From an uncultured Dehalococcoidia bacterium (GTDB taxonomy: Bacteria; Chloroflexota; Dehalococcoidia; DSTF01; WHTK01): a DNA stretch of 64,000 bases. The position numbers and the translations under genes are program-made. The stretch is taken from positions 10,501 to 74,500 of the forward strand of contig CAYRCD010000001.1 of NCBI GenBank assembly GCA_964422735.1, written 5' to 3'. The notes under the pieces were generated by a model. It searched no databases. It had not been told where the DNA came from and was given only the letters and a program-made list of their open reading frames with translations. Positions within the stretch are counted from its first letter, which is position 1; each line of letters begins with the position of its first letter. Positions 35,650-49,906 of the stretch are shown one piece after another.

Positions 35650-36941
35650 AAGTGCTCTACCCGCAGAAAGTTGCCAATCGCCTGGACGACCTCGAGATTT
35701 TCGAGGGCGACGAGGGCAGCCTGCATCGAGGCCTCGCGCGCCTGATGAGTCATAATCACGAGCTCCGCGCTCTGGTCGGCCGCGTTCGCTTCCTTCTGAA
35801 TCACCGAAGAGATGCTGATCTCGGCCTCGCCTAATATCTTAGCGATCTGGGCAAGGACGCCCGGCTGGTCGGCGACGCGCAGGCGCAGGTAGTAGCCCGT
35901 ACGCAGGCCGCTCATCGGCAGGATGGGTGTCGGCTCCTGCTCCCGGTAGTGGACCTCGCGACGCCCGCCGAGGATGCTCTGCGCCGCGTCGAGGACGTCG
36001 GCGATAACCGCGCTTGTCGTTGGGAAGCTGCCGGCGCCCGGCCCCTCGAAGAGGACCTTGCCCGTGAGGTCGCCTTCGACCTGCACCGCGTTGAGAACGC
36101 CGTCGACCTTGGCCAGCGGGGCGTCGAGTGGCACCAGCGCTGGATGGACACGCGCCTGAATGCCGTCCTCCTCGGCGCGCGCCAGCGCCAGGAGCTTGAT
36201 CGCGTAGCCGAGCTCGAACGCGTACTTGAAGTCGCGCGCCGTCAGGTTTGTGATGCCTTCGCGGTAGATGTCCTCGGGTCGCACGAGGCTGCGAAAGCCG
36301 AGACTGGCGAGGATCGCGAGCTTGAAGCGCGCGTCTTCGCCCTCGATGTCGTTCGCCGGGTCTGCTTCAGCGTAGCCCAGGTCCTGGGCGTGGCGTAGCG
36401 CCTCACTGAAATCGGCGCCATCGCGGCTCATCGCCGTCAGGATGTAGTTGGTCGTCCCGTTGATAATCGCCGCGATCCCGAGGACTCGGTTCGCGAGCAG
36501 GTCGCGCTTCAGCGGGGCAATGATCGGGATGCCGCCGCCGACACTGGCTTCGTAGAAGATGTCCACGCCATGGGCGCGAGCCAGTGCAATCAGGTGCGAC
36601 CCGTGCTTCGCCATCACTTCCTTATTGGCTGTGACCACGTACTTGCCGTTCTTCAGCGCCCGCGTGATGTACTCGAGCGCCGGATGTTCGCCGCCCATGA
36701 CCTCGACAATGATGTCGACCTCCGGGTCCTCCAGGATGAGAGACGCGTCTGTTGTGAGGAGCGAGCGGTTTACCAGCGGCCTTCGCTTGTCCAGATCGCG
36801 CACGAGGGCGCCCGTGAGAAGTAGCGGTTGGCCCAGTTGGCGCGCGTAGGCGTCGAGCTTTTCCGTGAGAATGCGCGCGACGCCACCACCTACGGTCCCG
36901 GCTCCCAGAAGCGCCACCCTGACGGGGCCAGACTTAACCAC
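35646..36941 (-). CDS. hom: homoserine dehydrogenase with C-terminal ACT domain
   Basis: VALLGAGTVGGGV, VTANKE, GIINGTTNYIL and an ACT-like tail (YYLRLRVADQPGVLAQIA). Confidence 0.93.
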   Translation of the reverse strand: MVKSGPVRVALLGAGTVGGGVARILTEKLDAYARQLGQPLLLTGALVRDLDKRRPLVNRSLLTTDASLILEDPEVDIIVEVMGGEHPALEYITRALKNGKYVVTANKEVMAKHGSHLIALARAHGVDIFYEASVGGGIPIIAPLKRDLLANRVLGIAAIINGTTNYILTAMSRDGADFSEALRHAQDLGYAEADPANDIEGEDARFKLAILASLGFRSLVRPEDIYREGITNLTARDFKYAFELGYAIKLLALARAEEDGIQARVHPALVPLDAPLAKVDGVLNAVQVEGDLTGKVLFEGPGAGSFPTTSAVIADVLDAAQSILGGRREVHYREQEPTPILPMSGLRTGYYLRLRVADQPGVLAQIAKILGEAEISISSVIQKEANAADQSAELVIMTHQAREASMQAALVALENLEVVQAIGNFLRVEHL

Positions 36942-37935
36942 GGGGCTGTCGCGCGATATCGCCGAGCAGGCGGCGGCCGATGAGGGCGACCTGGTCCTGG
37001 GTGAGACTCGCCGTGGACCCGATGTCCTTTCGCGTTTGCTGCGCGAGGTCTTCGAGCGCCCTTTTCCCGATGACCTGCTTCACGGCTGGATCTATCTCGC
37101 GCGTATCCCGCCCGCGCGCCTGGACGATGTAGAACCCGTCCGTCGCTTCGATCAGTCCGCTTACATCGCCGAGGGCCAGAGAGAAGAGGGCAGCGTCTAC
37201 CGGCGGGGGAAGTGCGCCCCTCGGTACCCAACCGACCTCCCCGCCGGTGCTCTTGGAGTTGTGCACCGAGATCGTGGCCGCGACCACCGTGAAGTTCTCG
37301 CCGCTGTCGAGCCGCTGCTTGGCCTCAAGCGCCTGGGCCTGATTTGGGGCCTGGATCAGCCTCGCGTCCACCTGTTCGCCTTGCGCCGGCACGGCGTTCG
37401 AAAACTTCTTTGTAATCATCTCGCGCACCACGGTCGCGGCGACGATTTCGCGGTACTCGTTGACCGGAAGGCCCTTTCTCAGGAGTTCTTGCCGGTACGC
37501 GCCGGCAAACGCGTCGCGCGGTACGCCGGTGGAGAACCCCAGGGCGTTCTTAATGTAGCCGTCGATGTCATCGTCGGTGGCCGTCACGTCCGCCGCCTTC
37601 GCCGAGGCTCGGGTCACCTCTTCGACTTCGATGTTCTGCAATGACTTTATGACCACTTGTTCGATCGTGCTGGATGGGGAGGCGGCCCCCGATCTCAAGT
37701 CGGCCCTGACACGCCGCTCCAGGAAGGAGACGTCGAACTTGCGCGGGCCGACAGTGAGCACGGTCTCGTGTTTGGGTTGGATCTTGTCCCGGTAGTAGCC
37801 CAGGCCGATGATCGCCAGGGCCAGCGCGACCACGACGCCGATTCCGAGATAGAGGAAGATGGCGTTGCGCTGTTCTGGATCGAGGCTGGCCCAGGGCAGA
37901 GTCCTGCCTGTCACAGGGCGGGCACGGCGGGTCAA
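36934..37935 (-). CDS. membrane-anchored parvulin-type peptidyl-prolyl isomerase (PrsA/SurA-like)
   Basis: N-terminal TM segment, a chaperone-like middle region and a PPIC-like part (VHNSKSTGGEVGWV...GDVSGLIEATDGFYIVQ). Confidence 0.75.
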   Translation of the reverse strand: MTRRARPVTGRTLPWASLDPEQRNAIFLYLGIGVVVALALAIIGLGYYRDKIQPKHETVLTVGPRKFDVSFLERRVRADLRSGAASPSSTIEQVVIKSLQNIEVEEVTRASAKAADVTATDDDIDGYIKNALGFSTGVPRDAFAGAYRQELLRKGLPVNEYREIVAATVVREMITKKFSNAVPAQGEQVDARLIQAPNQAQALEAKQRLDSGENFTVVAATISVHNSKSTGGEVGWVPRGALPPPVDAALFSLALGDVSGLIEATDGFYIVQARGRDTREIDPAVKQVIGKRALEDLAQQTRKDIGSTASLTQDQVALIGRRLLGDIARQPRG

Positions 37936-37993
37936 GGCTCATGGCCCCCTTCGCGAAGTCCAGTGCTATTGTCAGGCTGCGGAAGAGCCGCGA

Positions 37994-38344
37994 TCAACCT
38001 CGGGCCGGGAGAGCTCCGGATACGCGGATGTGCTCGGCGGTGAACGGCAGCAGGGCCAGGTGGCGGGCGCGCTTGAGCGCTTCCGTCAGCATTCGCTGGT
38101 GGCGGGAGCAGGTTCCCGTCTTCCGGCGGGGCTCGATCTTGCCGCGGTCGGAGATGTAACGGCGCAGCCTGGCCGGTTCCTTGTAGTCCACGGACTCGGC
38201 TTTGTCGACGCAAAAGGCGCAGACACGCCGGCGGCCGAAGCGGCCACCGCCGCGCCTTGGGCGCTGGCGATCGGGCCGGGCGCCGGCCGGCGCCCCCGGC
38301 GCTTCTTGGGTAGGCTGCGTTGGCTCTTCGTTCGACTCGCTCAA
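37994..38344 (-). CDS. rpsR: 30S ribosomal protein S18 (with basic N-terminal extension)
   Basis: [43 protein letters not shown]. Confidence 0.9.
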   Translation of the reverse strand: MSESNEEPTQPTQEAPGAPAGARPDRQRPRRGGGRFGRRRVCAFCVDKAESVDYKEPARLRRYISDRGKIEPRRKTGTCSRHQRMLTEALKRARHLALLPFTAEHIRVSGALPARG

Positions 38345-38390
38345 GTCTTTCTCTCCAGGTTCAGGTCCGCCCCGCGGTCACTCTTGGTGT

Positions 38391-38792
38391 CTACTGCTCG
38401 AACGGCAGGTCGTCGGGCTCCACGTCGCCGCTACCACCGTACTCGGGCAAAGAAGCCCCCTGCGGTCGGTCGAGGAAGAGGACCTGATTGGCGACGACCT
38501 CTGTGCGGTATTGCTTCTGGCCTTCGCGTTCCCAGTTCCTCGTTACCAGGCGACCCTCAACATAGACCCGACGCCCCTTTTGCAGGTGTTGGCCCACTAA
38601 TTCGGCCAGCTTGTTCCAGGAGACGACGGTGAACCACTCGGTCTCCTCCCGTCTTTCTCCTTCGCTCGATGTGAAGGAGCGGCCCACAGCCATGCGAAAG
38701 CTTGTGACCGCGTTGCCATTCGCGGTGAACTTCATTTCGGGGTCGGCGCCGAGGTTTCCGATGAGCATCACCTTGTTCAGCCCGTCCGCCAT
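38391..38792 (-). CDS. ssb: single-stranded DNA-binding protein
   Basis: LNKVMLIGNLGADPE, TEWFTVVSW and an acidic tail DDLPFEQ. Confidence 0.93.
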   Translation of the reverse strand: MADGLNKVMLIGNLGADPEMKFTANGNAVTSFRMAVGRSFTSSEGERREETEWFTVVSWNKLAELVGQHLQKGRRVYVEGRLVTRNWEREGQKQYRTEVVANQVLFLDRPQGASLPEYGGSGDVEPDDLPFEQ

Positions 38793-38854
38793 CCCGTTTT
38801 CCCTTCCGGCTCAAAGCCTTGTGTGCGCTACCCGCCTACCCCTGTGGAGGGGTG

Positions 38855-39151
38855 CTATTCGTTCGTCCGGACGATCAGGTGCCGGAGAACTTCCTCCGCA
38901 ATGCGTAGCCCGCCCTCGAGGTCGGAGATCTTCGCGGGGTCGAGCTTGATCTGCGTGACGACGTAGTTGCCTTCCAGGTGGCGCCTGATTGGATATGCCA
39001 GGCGCCGCCGGCCCCAGTGGTTCGTGTCCACAATCTCGCCGCCGCGGGATGTCACGGACTGCTGGACCCGCTCGATCGTCGCCGGGACGGCATCTTCCGG
39101 AATCTCTGGGTTGAGGATTACCACTAGCTCGTAGTCACGAAGGTCAGGCAC
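38855..39151 (-). CDS. rpsF: 30S ribosomal protein S6
   Basis: RDYELVVILNP...WGRRRLAYPI. GTG start. Confidence 0.9.
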   Translation of the reverse strand: MPDLRDYELVVILNPEIPEDAVPATIERVQQSVTSRGGEIVDTNHWGRRRLAYPIRRHLEGNYVVTQIKLDPAKISDLEGGLRIAEEVLRHLIVRTNE

Positions 39152-39172
39152 TGAGGAGCGCTCCTATGACTG

Positions 39173-39215
39173 AAAAGCAAAAACTGACCCCGCGTCGTCC
39201 TGACCGCCGGGGTTC
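39173..39215 (-). terminator. terminator-like hairpin inside the rpsF 5' leader (possible attenuator)
   Basis: Minus-strand RNA: CUGAACCCCG-15 nt-CGGGGUCAG followed by UUUUUGCUUUU. It lies between the predicted promoter and the rpsF start. Confidence 0.4.
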
Positions 39216-39248
39216 AGCGCGAGATAGAAACCGATGAACTCGCGGCAC

Positions 39249-39278
39249 ATTCTAGGTTCCGCCGGTCAACAATGTCAA
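39249..39278 (-). promoter_or_regulatory. sigma-70-type promoter for rpsF-ssb-rpsR
   Basis: Minus strand: TTGACA, then an 18-nt spacer, then TAGAAT. It sits about 100 nt upstream of rpsF. Confidence 0.5.
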
Positions 39279-39401
39279 TCGGAATAGCTCGCTAACGCGG
39301 CCAGGCAGTCGGTCCTCATTTCGACGTGGGTCGCCCACGTGACCCGTCGCCCCCAAGACCCTGTGCTAGAATGAGGCGGGAATTGATAAGTTCCCTGATC
39401 A

Positions 39402-40535
39402 GTGGTGGAGCGGATGGAAGAGGGGCCAGGCAAGGCCGGGTTTCCGGTTCGCTGGCTGGTCGCCGTCGCCGTCGTGGCCTTCCTGGCCGGGGGTATCTCC
39501 GGGGCGGCGGTCAGTGTCATGGTCGGCGACTCCGGCTCGTCGTCCTCCGGATCCGGGCAGCCGGACGCCACCGAGCGGCGGATCCTCTCCAGCGAGGAGA
39601 CCGCCGTCAGCGAGGCGGTCGCGCAGGCCCTGCCGGCGGTCGTAACGATCATCAATGAGCAGCCGCCACGCCAGGACAGCCAGGGTCGCGTTGTGGAAAG
39701 CGTCTCGGTCGGCTCGGGCGTGATCGTCGACCCGCGCGGCTTTATCGTGACTAACGAGCATGTCATCCACGACCCCGGCAAGCTGAGTGTCGTCCTCAAC
39801 AGCGGGGAGGAGCGCCAGGCGACGGTGGTCTCGAACGACGCCCCATTCACCGATCTCGCCCTGCTTCGCATTCCGCCCGGAGGCCTCAAGGCTCTGGCCT
39901 TCTCCGATCCGAATTCGCTGAAGCTTGGTCAGACGGTGGTGGCGATTGGCAGCGCTCTTTATGAGTTCCGCAACAGCGTCAGCGTAGGCGTCGTGAGCGG
40001 CGCGGGGCGCCGCTATCTGCGTGATAACGTCTTCATGGAGGACCTCATACAGACAGACGCTGCCATCAATAACGGCAACAGCGGTGGTCCCCTGATTAAC
40101 ACCAGGGCCGAGGTCGTTGGACTCACGACGACCGTTATCCGCAGGATAGGCAACCAGGACACCGTGTCGGGGATCGCCTTCGCCATCTCCGGCCGCACGA
40201 TTCAGCCCATCGTGCAGTCGATGATCGAGCGGGGCCAATTCCCTCGACCCTATCTGGGCATCGATCATCTCGACATCGATGACGGCGTCGCCCGGGCGAA
40301 CAATCTCCGGCTCGACCACGGCGCCCTTGTACGGCGTGTGATCGACGCCAGCCCGGCCCAGGGCGCCGGAATTCGCCCCGGCGACATCATTCTCAAGATT
40401 GGCCGCAACGACCTGAATGCGGACATGCCCTTTATTAACGCACTGAGCCGCGTGCAGCCAAATGAGAAGGTGACCATTCAATATTCGCGCGATGGCCGCC
40501 TTCTGGAGACATCAGTGCAGGTAGTGCCAAGGTGA
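39402..40535 (+). CDS. htrA: HtrA/DegP-type trypsin-like serine protease with PDZ domain, N-terminal TM anchor
   Basis: VTNEHVI (His), DLALLRI (Asp), NNGNSGGPLIN (Ser) and a PDZ-like C-terminus. Confidence 0.88.
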   Translation: MVERMEEGPGKAGFPVRWLVAVAVVAFLAGGISGAAVSVMVGDSGSSSSGSGQPDATERRILSSEETAVSEAVAQALPAVVTIINEQPPRQDSQGRVVESVSVGSGVIVDPRGFIVTNEHVIHDPGKLSVVLNSGEERQATVVSNDAPFTDLALLRIPPGGLKALAFSDPNSLKLGQTVVAIGSALYEFRNSVSVGVVSGAGRRYLRDNVFMEDLIQTDAAINNGNSGGPLINTRAEVVGLTTTVIRRIGNQDTVSGIAFAISGRTIQPIVQSMIERGQFPRPYLGIDHLDIDDGVARANNLRLDHGALVRRVIDASPAQGAGIRPGDIILKIGRNDLNADMPFINALSRVQPNEKVTIQYSRDGRLLETSVQVVPR

Positions 40536-42229
40536 ACGAGCCCGGGCCCTTTGACCGCGTCCTCGACTCCTCCGCGGCGCGGGACAAGACAGCCCGCACG
40601 ATCCTGATCGGCATGGGCGTGCTTGGCGCCATTCTCCTGGCCCTTGTGCTTATGCCGGGCTCTCCTCTACGCGGCGGCAACAACGCCTCATCGTCGACCG
40701 GGGTCGTGGCGTCGAAAGAGGTTTCCGGCGCCAAACTCCCGAAGGCCCCTGAAGGCTATGAGGCTCTGAGCCGCGTATTCGGCCTCGAAAAACCTAAAGG
40801 CACCGATGGCCCCTTTAAGCTCACCGTCAGCCTCCTCCAGCCGGTGTCCGACGGCCGTAATCTCGGGCTCTACACAAACCGCAATGGCAAGTGGGAGCGA
40901 ATCGCCGCCGCGACTCTGATCAACAACGGCGCCTCGGCTCAGGGCGAGGTTCCGGACATGCCATCAAACGTGGCCGTTCTCCGGCGCACGGGCAGCGCGG
41001 CCCAGATCAGCGGCTGGCTCGCGCCGGGCGCTCAGGTCGACGCCGCGGCGCTGGAAGTCGTCGGCACGGTCAATCCCGTTGATTACGTGCCAAATCCCGA
41101 TGGCACCCTCGCCGGTTCGGCGACTCAATTCAACGCCCAGGGAAAGAACGTCGCCCCCACGGTCCGCGCGGCGCAGCCCAAGGATGTGGACGCAATCAAC
41201 GCCATCCTGGCCTCGCCGGACCTTCGCGCCACCCATGTCGCCGCGCTCGTGGCCCTGACCCAGCAACCCGGAATAACCGGTATCGACATCGATTACCGGG
41301 GCATCGCGCCGGCCCGGAGGCCGGACTTCAACACCTTCATCGGCCTCCTTGCCGACAGGCTTCATTCGGCCAATAAGACGCTGACCGTAACCGTGCCGGC
41401 GCCGACGAAAACCGGCGTCCAGTGGGACAGCGGCGCCTACGATTGGGAGGAGCTGAACCGCCGCGTCGACGCAGTCCGCATGATCCCCGAAGCTGACCCC
41501 TCGCTCTTCTACAAGCGCATGGATGAAGTCGTCGCATACCTCAAGCCAAAGATCGACCTCAAGAAAGTGGTGCTTGTTGTCAGCCGCCAGAGCCGCGAAA
41601 AAGGCAGCGACGGCCTGCGCACGATGCCTCTCCGCGAGGCGCTGACGATGGCGAGCACGATCGAGGTGCGCACGGCCGCTCCTGTCGCTCCCAACTCCTC
41701 CGTCAGCATCGTGGGTAAGAACATCTACCAGGACGACGGCGCCACCGGGATCCTGTGGGACCCGGGCGCCTTCGCCGTGGCGTTCTCCTATCCCGGCCGC
41801 GGTGGACAGCGGACCGTATGGATCGAGAACAGCCTCAGCCTTGCGTTCCGCCTCGATCTCGCGCGCCGGTCCGGCTTCGGCGGAGTTGCCATCGAAGACA
41901 TCTCCCTCGACCCCGATGCCCCGGCTTTCTGGGAGCCGTTGCGCGCCTATGCCGAGACCGGGAGCGTGTCCCTGAGCCAGCCCAACGGCGCCCTGCTGCG
42001 CCCGGTCTGGCAGAGTCAGGCCGGCCAAATCGAGGCCGGCCAGAAGGGCAACATCATCTGGAAGGCGCCCTCGCAGGCCGGCCCCTACGATGTCTCCCTG
42101 ATCATCAGCGACGGTGTCGTCCGCGCCACGCAAAAGGTCGTGCTCGACGTGCGCCCCGCGGGACAGCCGGCGGCGCCGACTCCCACGCTCAGACCCGGGG
42201 TCACGCCCTCGCCGACCCCACGTCCCTGA
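40532..42229 (+). CDS. membrane-anchored GH18-like (chitinase-fold) protein lacking the catalytic Glu, with C-terminal Ig-like domain and Pro-rich tail
   Basis: ITGIDIDYRG (41279..41302) occupies the position of the GH18 DGxDxDWE motif. The start GTG overlaps the htrA stop (GTGA). Confidence 0.6.
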   Translation: MNEPGPFDRVLDSSAARDKTARTILIGMGVLGAILLALVLMPGSPLRGGNNASSSTGVVASKEVSGAKLPKAPEGYEALSRVFGLEKPKGTDGPFKLTVSLLQPVSDGRNLGLYTNRNGKWERIAAATLINNGASAQGEVPDMPSNVAVLRRTGSAAQISGWLAPGAQVDAAALEVVGTVNPVDYVPNPDGTLAGSATQFNAQGKNVAPTVRAAQPKDVDAINAILASPDLRATHVAALVALTQQPGITGIDIDYRGIAPARRPDFNTFIGLLADRLHSANKTLTVTVPAPTKTGVQWDSGAYDWEELNRRVDAVRMIPEADPSLFYKRMDEVVAYLKPKIDLKKVVLVVSRQSREKGSDGLRTMPLREALTMASTIEVRTAAPVAPNSSVSIVGKNIYQDDGATGILWDPGAFAVAFSYPGRGGQRTVWIENSLSLAFRLDLARRSGFGGVAIEDISLDPDAPAFWEPLRAYAETGSVSLSQPNGALLRPVWQSQAGQIEAGQKGNIIWKAPSQAGPYDVSLIISDGVVRATQKVVLDVRPAGQPAAPTPTLRPGVTPSPTPRP

Positions 42230-42242
42230 TCGTGGACCGGAC

Positions 42243-42782
42243 ATGAGGGTAATCGGCGGCGAAGCACGTGGCCGCGCCTTGAAGGGGCCTCCCCGAAGCG
42301 GTGTGCGGCCCACTTCTGATCTGGTCCGCGAGGCGATCTTCGACTTGCTGGCGGCTCACGGCGGCGACCTCGCCTGCGTCCTCGACCTTTACAGCGGCAC
42401 CGGAGCCCTGGGGGTCGAGGCCTTGAGCCGCGGCGCCGGCCACTGTGATTTCGTCGATTCAGACCCGCGCGCCTGCAACGTTGTCCGGGAAAACCTCGCA
42501 CGGATCGAGGCCCTGGACCGGGCGGCCGTCTTTGGCCTGCCGGTTCAGAAGGCGCTCGGCCGCCTGCGTGGACCCTACACGCTGGTGGTCGCCGACCCAC
42601 CGTACGAGTATGATCGGGCAGAGTCGGAGCTCGCCGCGCTCATCGCTGCCGGCCTCCTGGCCGAAAAGGCCACGGTCGTCGTCGAGCACTCGAAGCGGCG
42701 GCTCTGGCCCGAGGAGCTTGGCGGACGGCGGCAGGTGCTGAGCCGGCGCTACGGCGACACGCGGGTCACTCTTTATCAGTAA
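42243..42782 (+). CDS. rsmD: 16S rRNA (guanine966-N2)-methyltransferase
   Basis: MRVIGGEARGR, RPTSDLVREAIFD, DLYSGTGALGVEALSRGA and VADPPY. Confidence 0.88.
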   Translation: MRVIGGEARGRALKGPPRSGVRPTSDLVREAIFDLLAAHGGDLACVLDLYSGTGALGVEALSRGAGHCDFVDSDPRACNVVRENLARIEALDRAAVFGLPVQKALGRLRGPYTLVVADPPYEYDRAESELAALIAAGLLAEKATVVVEHSKRRLWPEELGGRRQVLSRRYGDTRVTLYQ

Positions 42783-42817
42783 AGAACGTTTCCTGAGGCC
42801 CCCCGAAGGAGCCGTAA

Positions 42818-43309
42818 TTGACAAAAACCGCAGTCTTCGCCGGCAGCTTCGATCCGGTCACGAATGGCCACCTCGACGTCGCCCGCAGGGCCGCGGCCCT
42901 CTTCGACCGGCTCGTGGTTGGCGTGGCGGAATCGACGCCGAAGGCCCTCCTTTTCGACACCGAGGAGCGCGTGGCGCTGTTTCGCGAAGCCATCCATGAA
43001 CATAACCACGTCGAGGTCATGTCCTATCGGGGCCTGACTGTTGAGTTCGCCCGCAAGGTCGGCGCTTCAGTCCTTATCCGCAGCATGCGGGCCGTCACCG
43101 ACTTTTATGACGAGTTCGACCAGGCCCTCATGAACAGAAAGATGGCGCCTGAGATCGAGTCCGTCTTCCTCATGTCACAGCTGGACAATCTCTTCATCAG
43201 CGGCACTCGTATCCGTGAGCTGGCCGGCCTGGGGCGCGACGTATCGGACCTTGTACCGCCCCATGTGGCGGCGGCATTGCGCAGGAAGCTCGGTGACCCA
43301 GTCAGCTGA
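42818..43309 (+). CDS. coaD: phosphopantetheine adenylyltransferase
   Basis: AVFAGSFDPVTNGHLD and ISGTRIRE. TTG start. Confidence 0.93.
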   Translation: MTKTAVFAGSFDPVTNGHLDVARRAAALFDRLVVGVAESTPKALLFDTEERVALFREAIHEHNHVEVMSYRGLTVEFARKVGASVLIRSMRAVTDFYDEFDQALMNRKMAPEIESVFLMSQLDNLFISGTRIRELAGLGRDVSDLVPPHVAAALRRKLGDPVS

Positions 43310-43316
43310 GGTTAGA

Positions 43317-43856
43317 GTGGACATCCTTCACCTGATCGACCGGCTCGAGGAGCTCGTGGCCGAGGCCCGCCGCATGCCTATCGGCCAGAACGTGGTTATC
43401 GACCGCCGGCGCATACTCGAACTTATCGACCAGATGCGCTCGACCGTCCCCTGGGAGGTCAAGGAAGCCAAGCAGCTCACGGCGAACCGCGACGCCATCA
43501 TCGAGGAGGCAAGGCGGGAGGGTGAGGGCGTTGTTCATCGCGCTCAGCTCGAGGCCCAGGAGAAGCTGGAAGAGACCGCCCTGGTCCGGCAGGCGGAGGC
43601 GCAGGCGGAAGAGATCGCCCGTCGCGCTGAGGAACGAGCCCAGGCGATGCTCGACGAAGCTCAGGCCCAGGTCCAGGGCCGCATGGTGCAGGCGGAGCAA
43701 GCGGCATCGAACCAGATGGACGAGGCGGACCGCTACGCCCTGGAGATGCTCAAGCGCCTCGAAGCCCAGCTCTCCGCCTTCGCGGTCACCGTCCACGCTG
43801 GGATCGAATCCCTCTCCGAGCGGGCGGAACCGGCGCCGGCCGAACACCCCGCCTGA
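43317..43856 (+). CDS. coiled-coil protein (ATPase subunit b/H-like composition), function unknown
   Basis: gaggttagaGTG start. VDILHLIDRLEELVAEARRMP... followed by an E/A/Q/R-rich helix. Confidence 0.55.
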   Translation: MDILHLIDRLEELVAEARRMPIGQNVVIDRRRILELIDQMRSTVPWEVKEAKQLTANRDAIIEEARREGEGVVHRAQLEAQEKLEETALVRQAEAQAEEIARRAEERAQAMLDEAQAQVQGRMVQAEQAASNQMDEADRYALEMLKRLEAQLSAFAVTVHAGIESLSERAEPAPAEHPA

Positions 43857-43927
43857 TGGTCGCGCGGCCTGTTCCCGGGGCGTTGAAGTGCGGACCTGGA
43901 CTCAGGCCCTCCTGACGGAGTTGTCCG

Positions 43928-44689
43928 TTGCATAACGCTCTTCTCGTAGGTTCCGCATTTTTCGCCTCGGCCGTCGAAATGGTCGAGGCGATGACCATCA
44001 TCCTCGCCGTCGGCGTGACTCGGGGCTGGCGTGCGTCCCTGACCGGAGTGTTCGCGGCCAGCATCGCGCTCATCGTAATTGTTGGCGCCCTCGGCGCTTC
44101 GCTGGAGCAATTCGTCCCCATCAACGTCCTGAGGGTGGTCGTCGGCGTCCTGCTTCTGGTGTTCGGCATGCAGTGGCTGCGAAAGGCGATCATGCGCTCG
44201 GTCGGGATGCAGGCGTTGCATGACGAAGAGCGGATCTACGAAGAAGAGATTGCCGAACTCAAAGAAGAACCCCTCCTTGCCGGTGAGTTCGACTGGACTG
44301 GCTTCGTCGTCTCCTTCAAAGGCGTGTTCCTGGAAGGGCTCGAGGTCGCCTTTATCGTCATCTCCTTCGGCGCCAACTCGGGCCGCCTCGACCTCGCCGC
44401 CGCGGGAGCCGTCGCCGCCTTCGTCACCGTCTCTCTCGTCGGCCTTCGCGTTCACCAGCCCCTCACCAGAATCCCGGAGAACACGATCAAGTTCGCGGTC
44501 GGCCTCATGCTGATGTCTTTCGGCACCTTCTGGGGCGGTGAGGGCGTTGGCCTCGAGTGGTCGCTCAGGGAGCCGACGATTTTTCTTCTGGTCGGGTTCT
44601 ACTGGCTTACCGCGCTCGCCCTGATCGCAATGCTCCGTTCGCGCGACAGCCGCGAGCTTGCGACGGCCGCGTCGGGAGGGAGCGCTTGA
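43928..44689 (+). CDS. six-TM membrane protein with internal duplication (GDT1/UPF0016- or COG4280-like)
   Basis: Two halves each carry an acidic motif in a TM segment (SAVEMVEAMTIILAVG and FLEGLEVAFIVISFG). Confidence 0.55.
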   Translation: MHNALLVGSAFFASAVEMVEAMTIILAVGVTRGWRASLTGVFAASIALIVIVGALGASLEQFVPINVLRVVVGVLLLVFGMQWLRKAIMRSVGMQALHDEERIYEEEIAELKEEPLLAGEFDWTGFVVSFKGVFLEGLEVAFIVISFGANSGRLDLAAAGAVAAFVTVSLVGLRVHQPLTRIPENTIKFAVGLMLMSFGTFWGGEGVGLEWSLREPTIFLLVGFYWLTALALIAMLRSRDSRELATAASGGSA

Positions 44690-44886
44690 AGTACGTCGTC
44701 GGCTTCTTTCAATTCTGGTACGACTTCATAGTCGGCGATTCGTACCTCCTCGCGGTCGGCGGGCTCCTGGTGCTCGGGCTTGGCTATCTGCTCGTAGAGG
44801 CCGGCGTGGACATCGCGGCCGAGTTCGTGCTGCCCATCACGGCCGTAGGCGCGATCACCGTAAGCCTTCCCCGCCGCCGCCGCTGA
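44686..44886 (+). CDS. small two-TM membrane protein (66 aa)
   Basis: The TTG start overlaps the upstream TGA (cTTGAa) and lies 5 nt after gggaggg. The body is hydrophobic with an RRRR tail. Confidence 0.45.
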   Translation: MKYVVGFFQFWYDFIVGDSYLLAVGGLLVLGLGYLLVEAGVDIAAEFVLPITAVGAITVSLPRRRR

Positions 44887-45041
44887 AGCCCCGAAGCCGC
44901 TTCAGTCGACCTCAACCTCGCCGCGTCCCATGGCCCGAGTGTCAAAGGCGACCGATCTGCCGGCGCCATGTCACCATCCCCCATCCACGCTCGACGATGC
45001 CGTTCGCTTTCGATTGACACCCTTGCGCCGCCGCATAATGA

Positions 45042-49829
<4,788 letters not shown>

Positions 49830-49906
49830 CGCCGCTGGCCTGGAGCATGTCTCAGGCCGCGCCCAGGGTCGGCCCCTGACCCCAATGCTGGGGAACTTGT
49901 TAGCGT

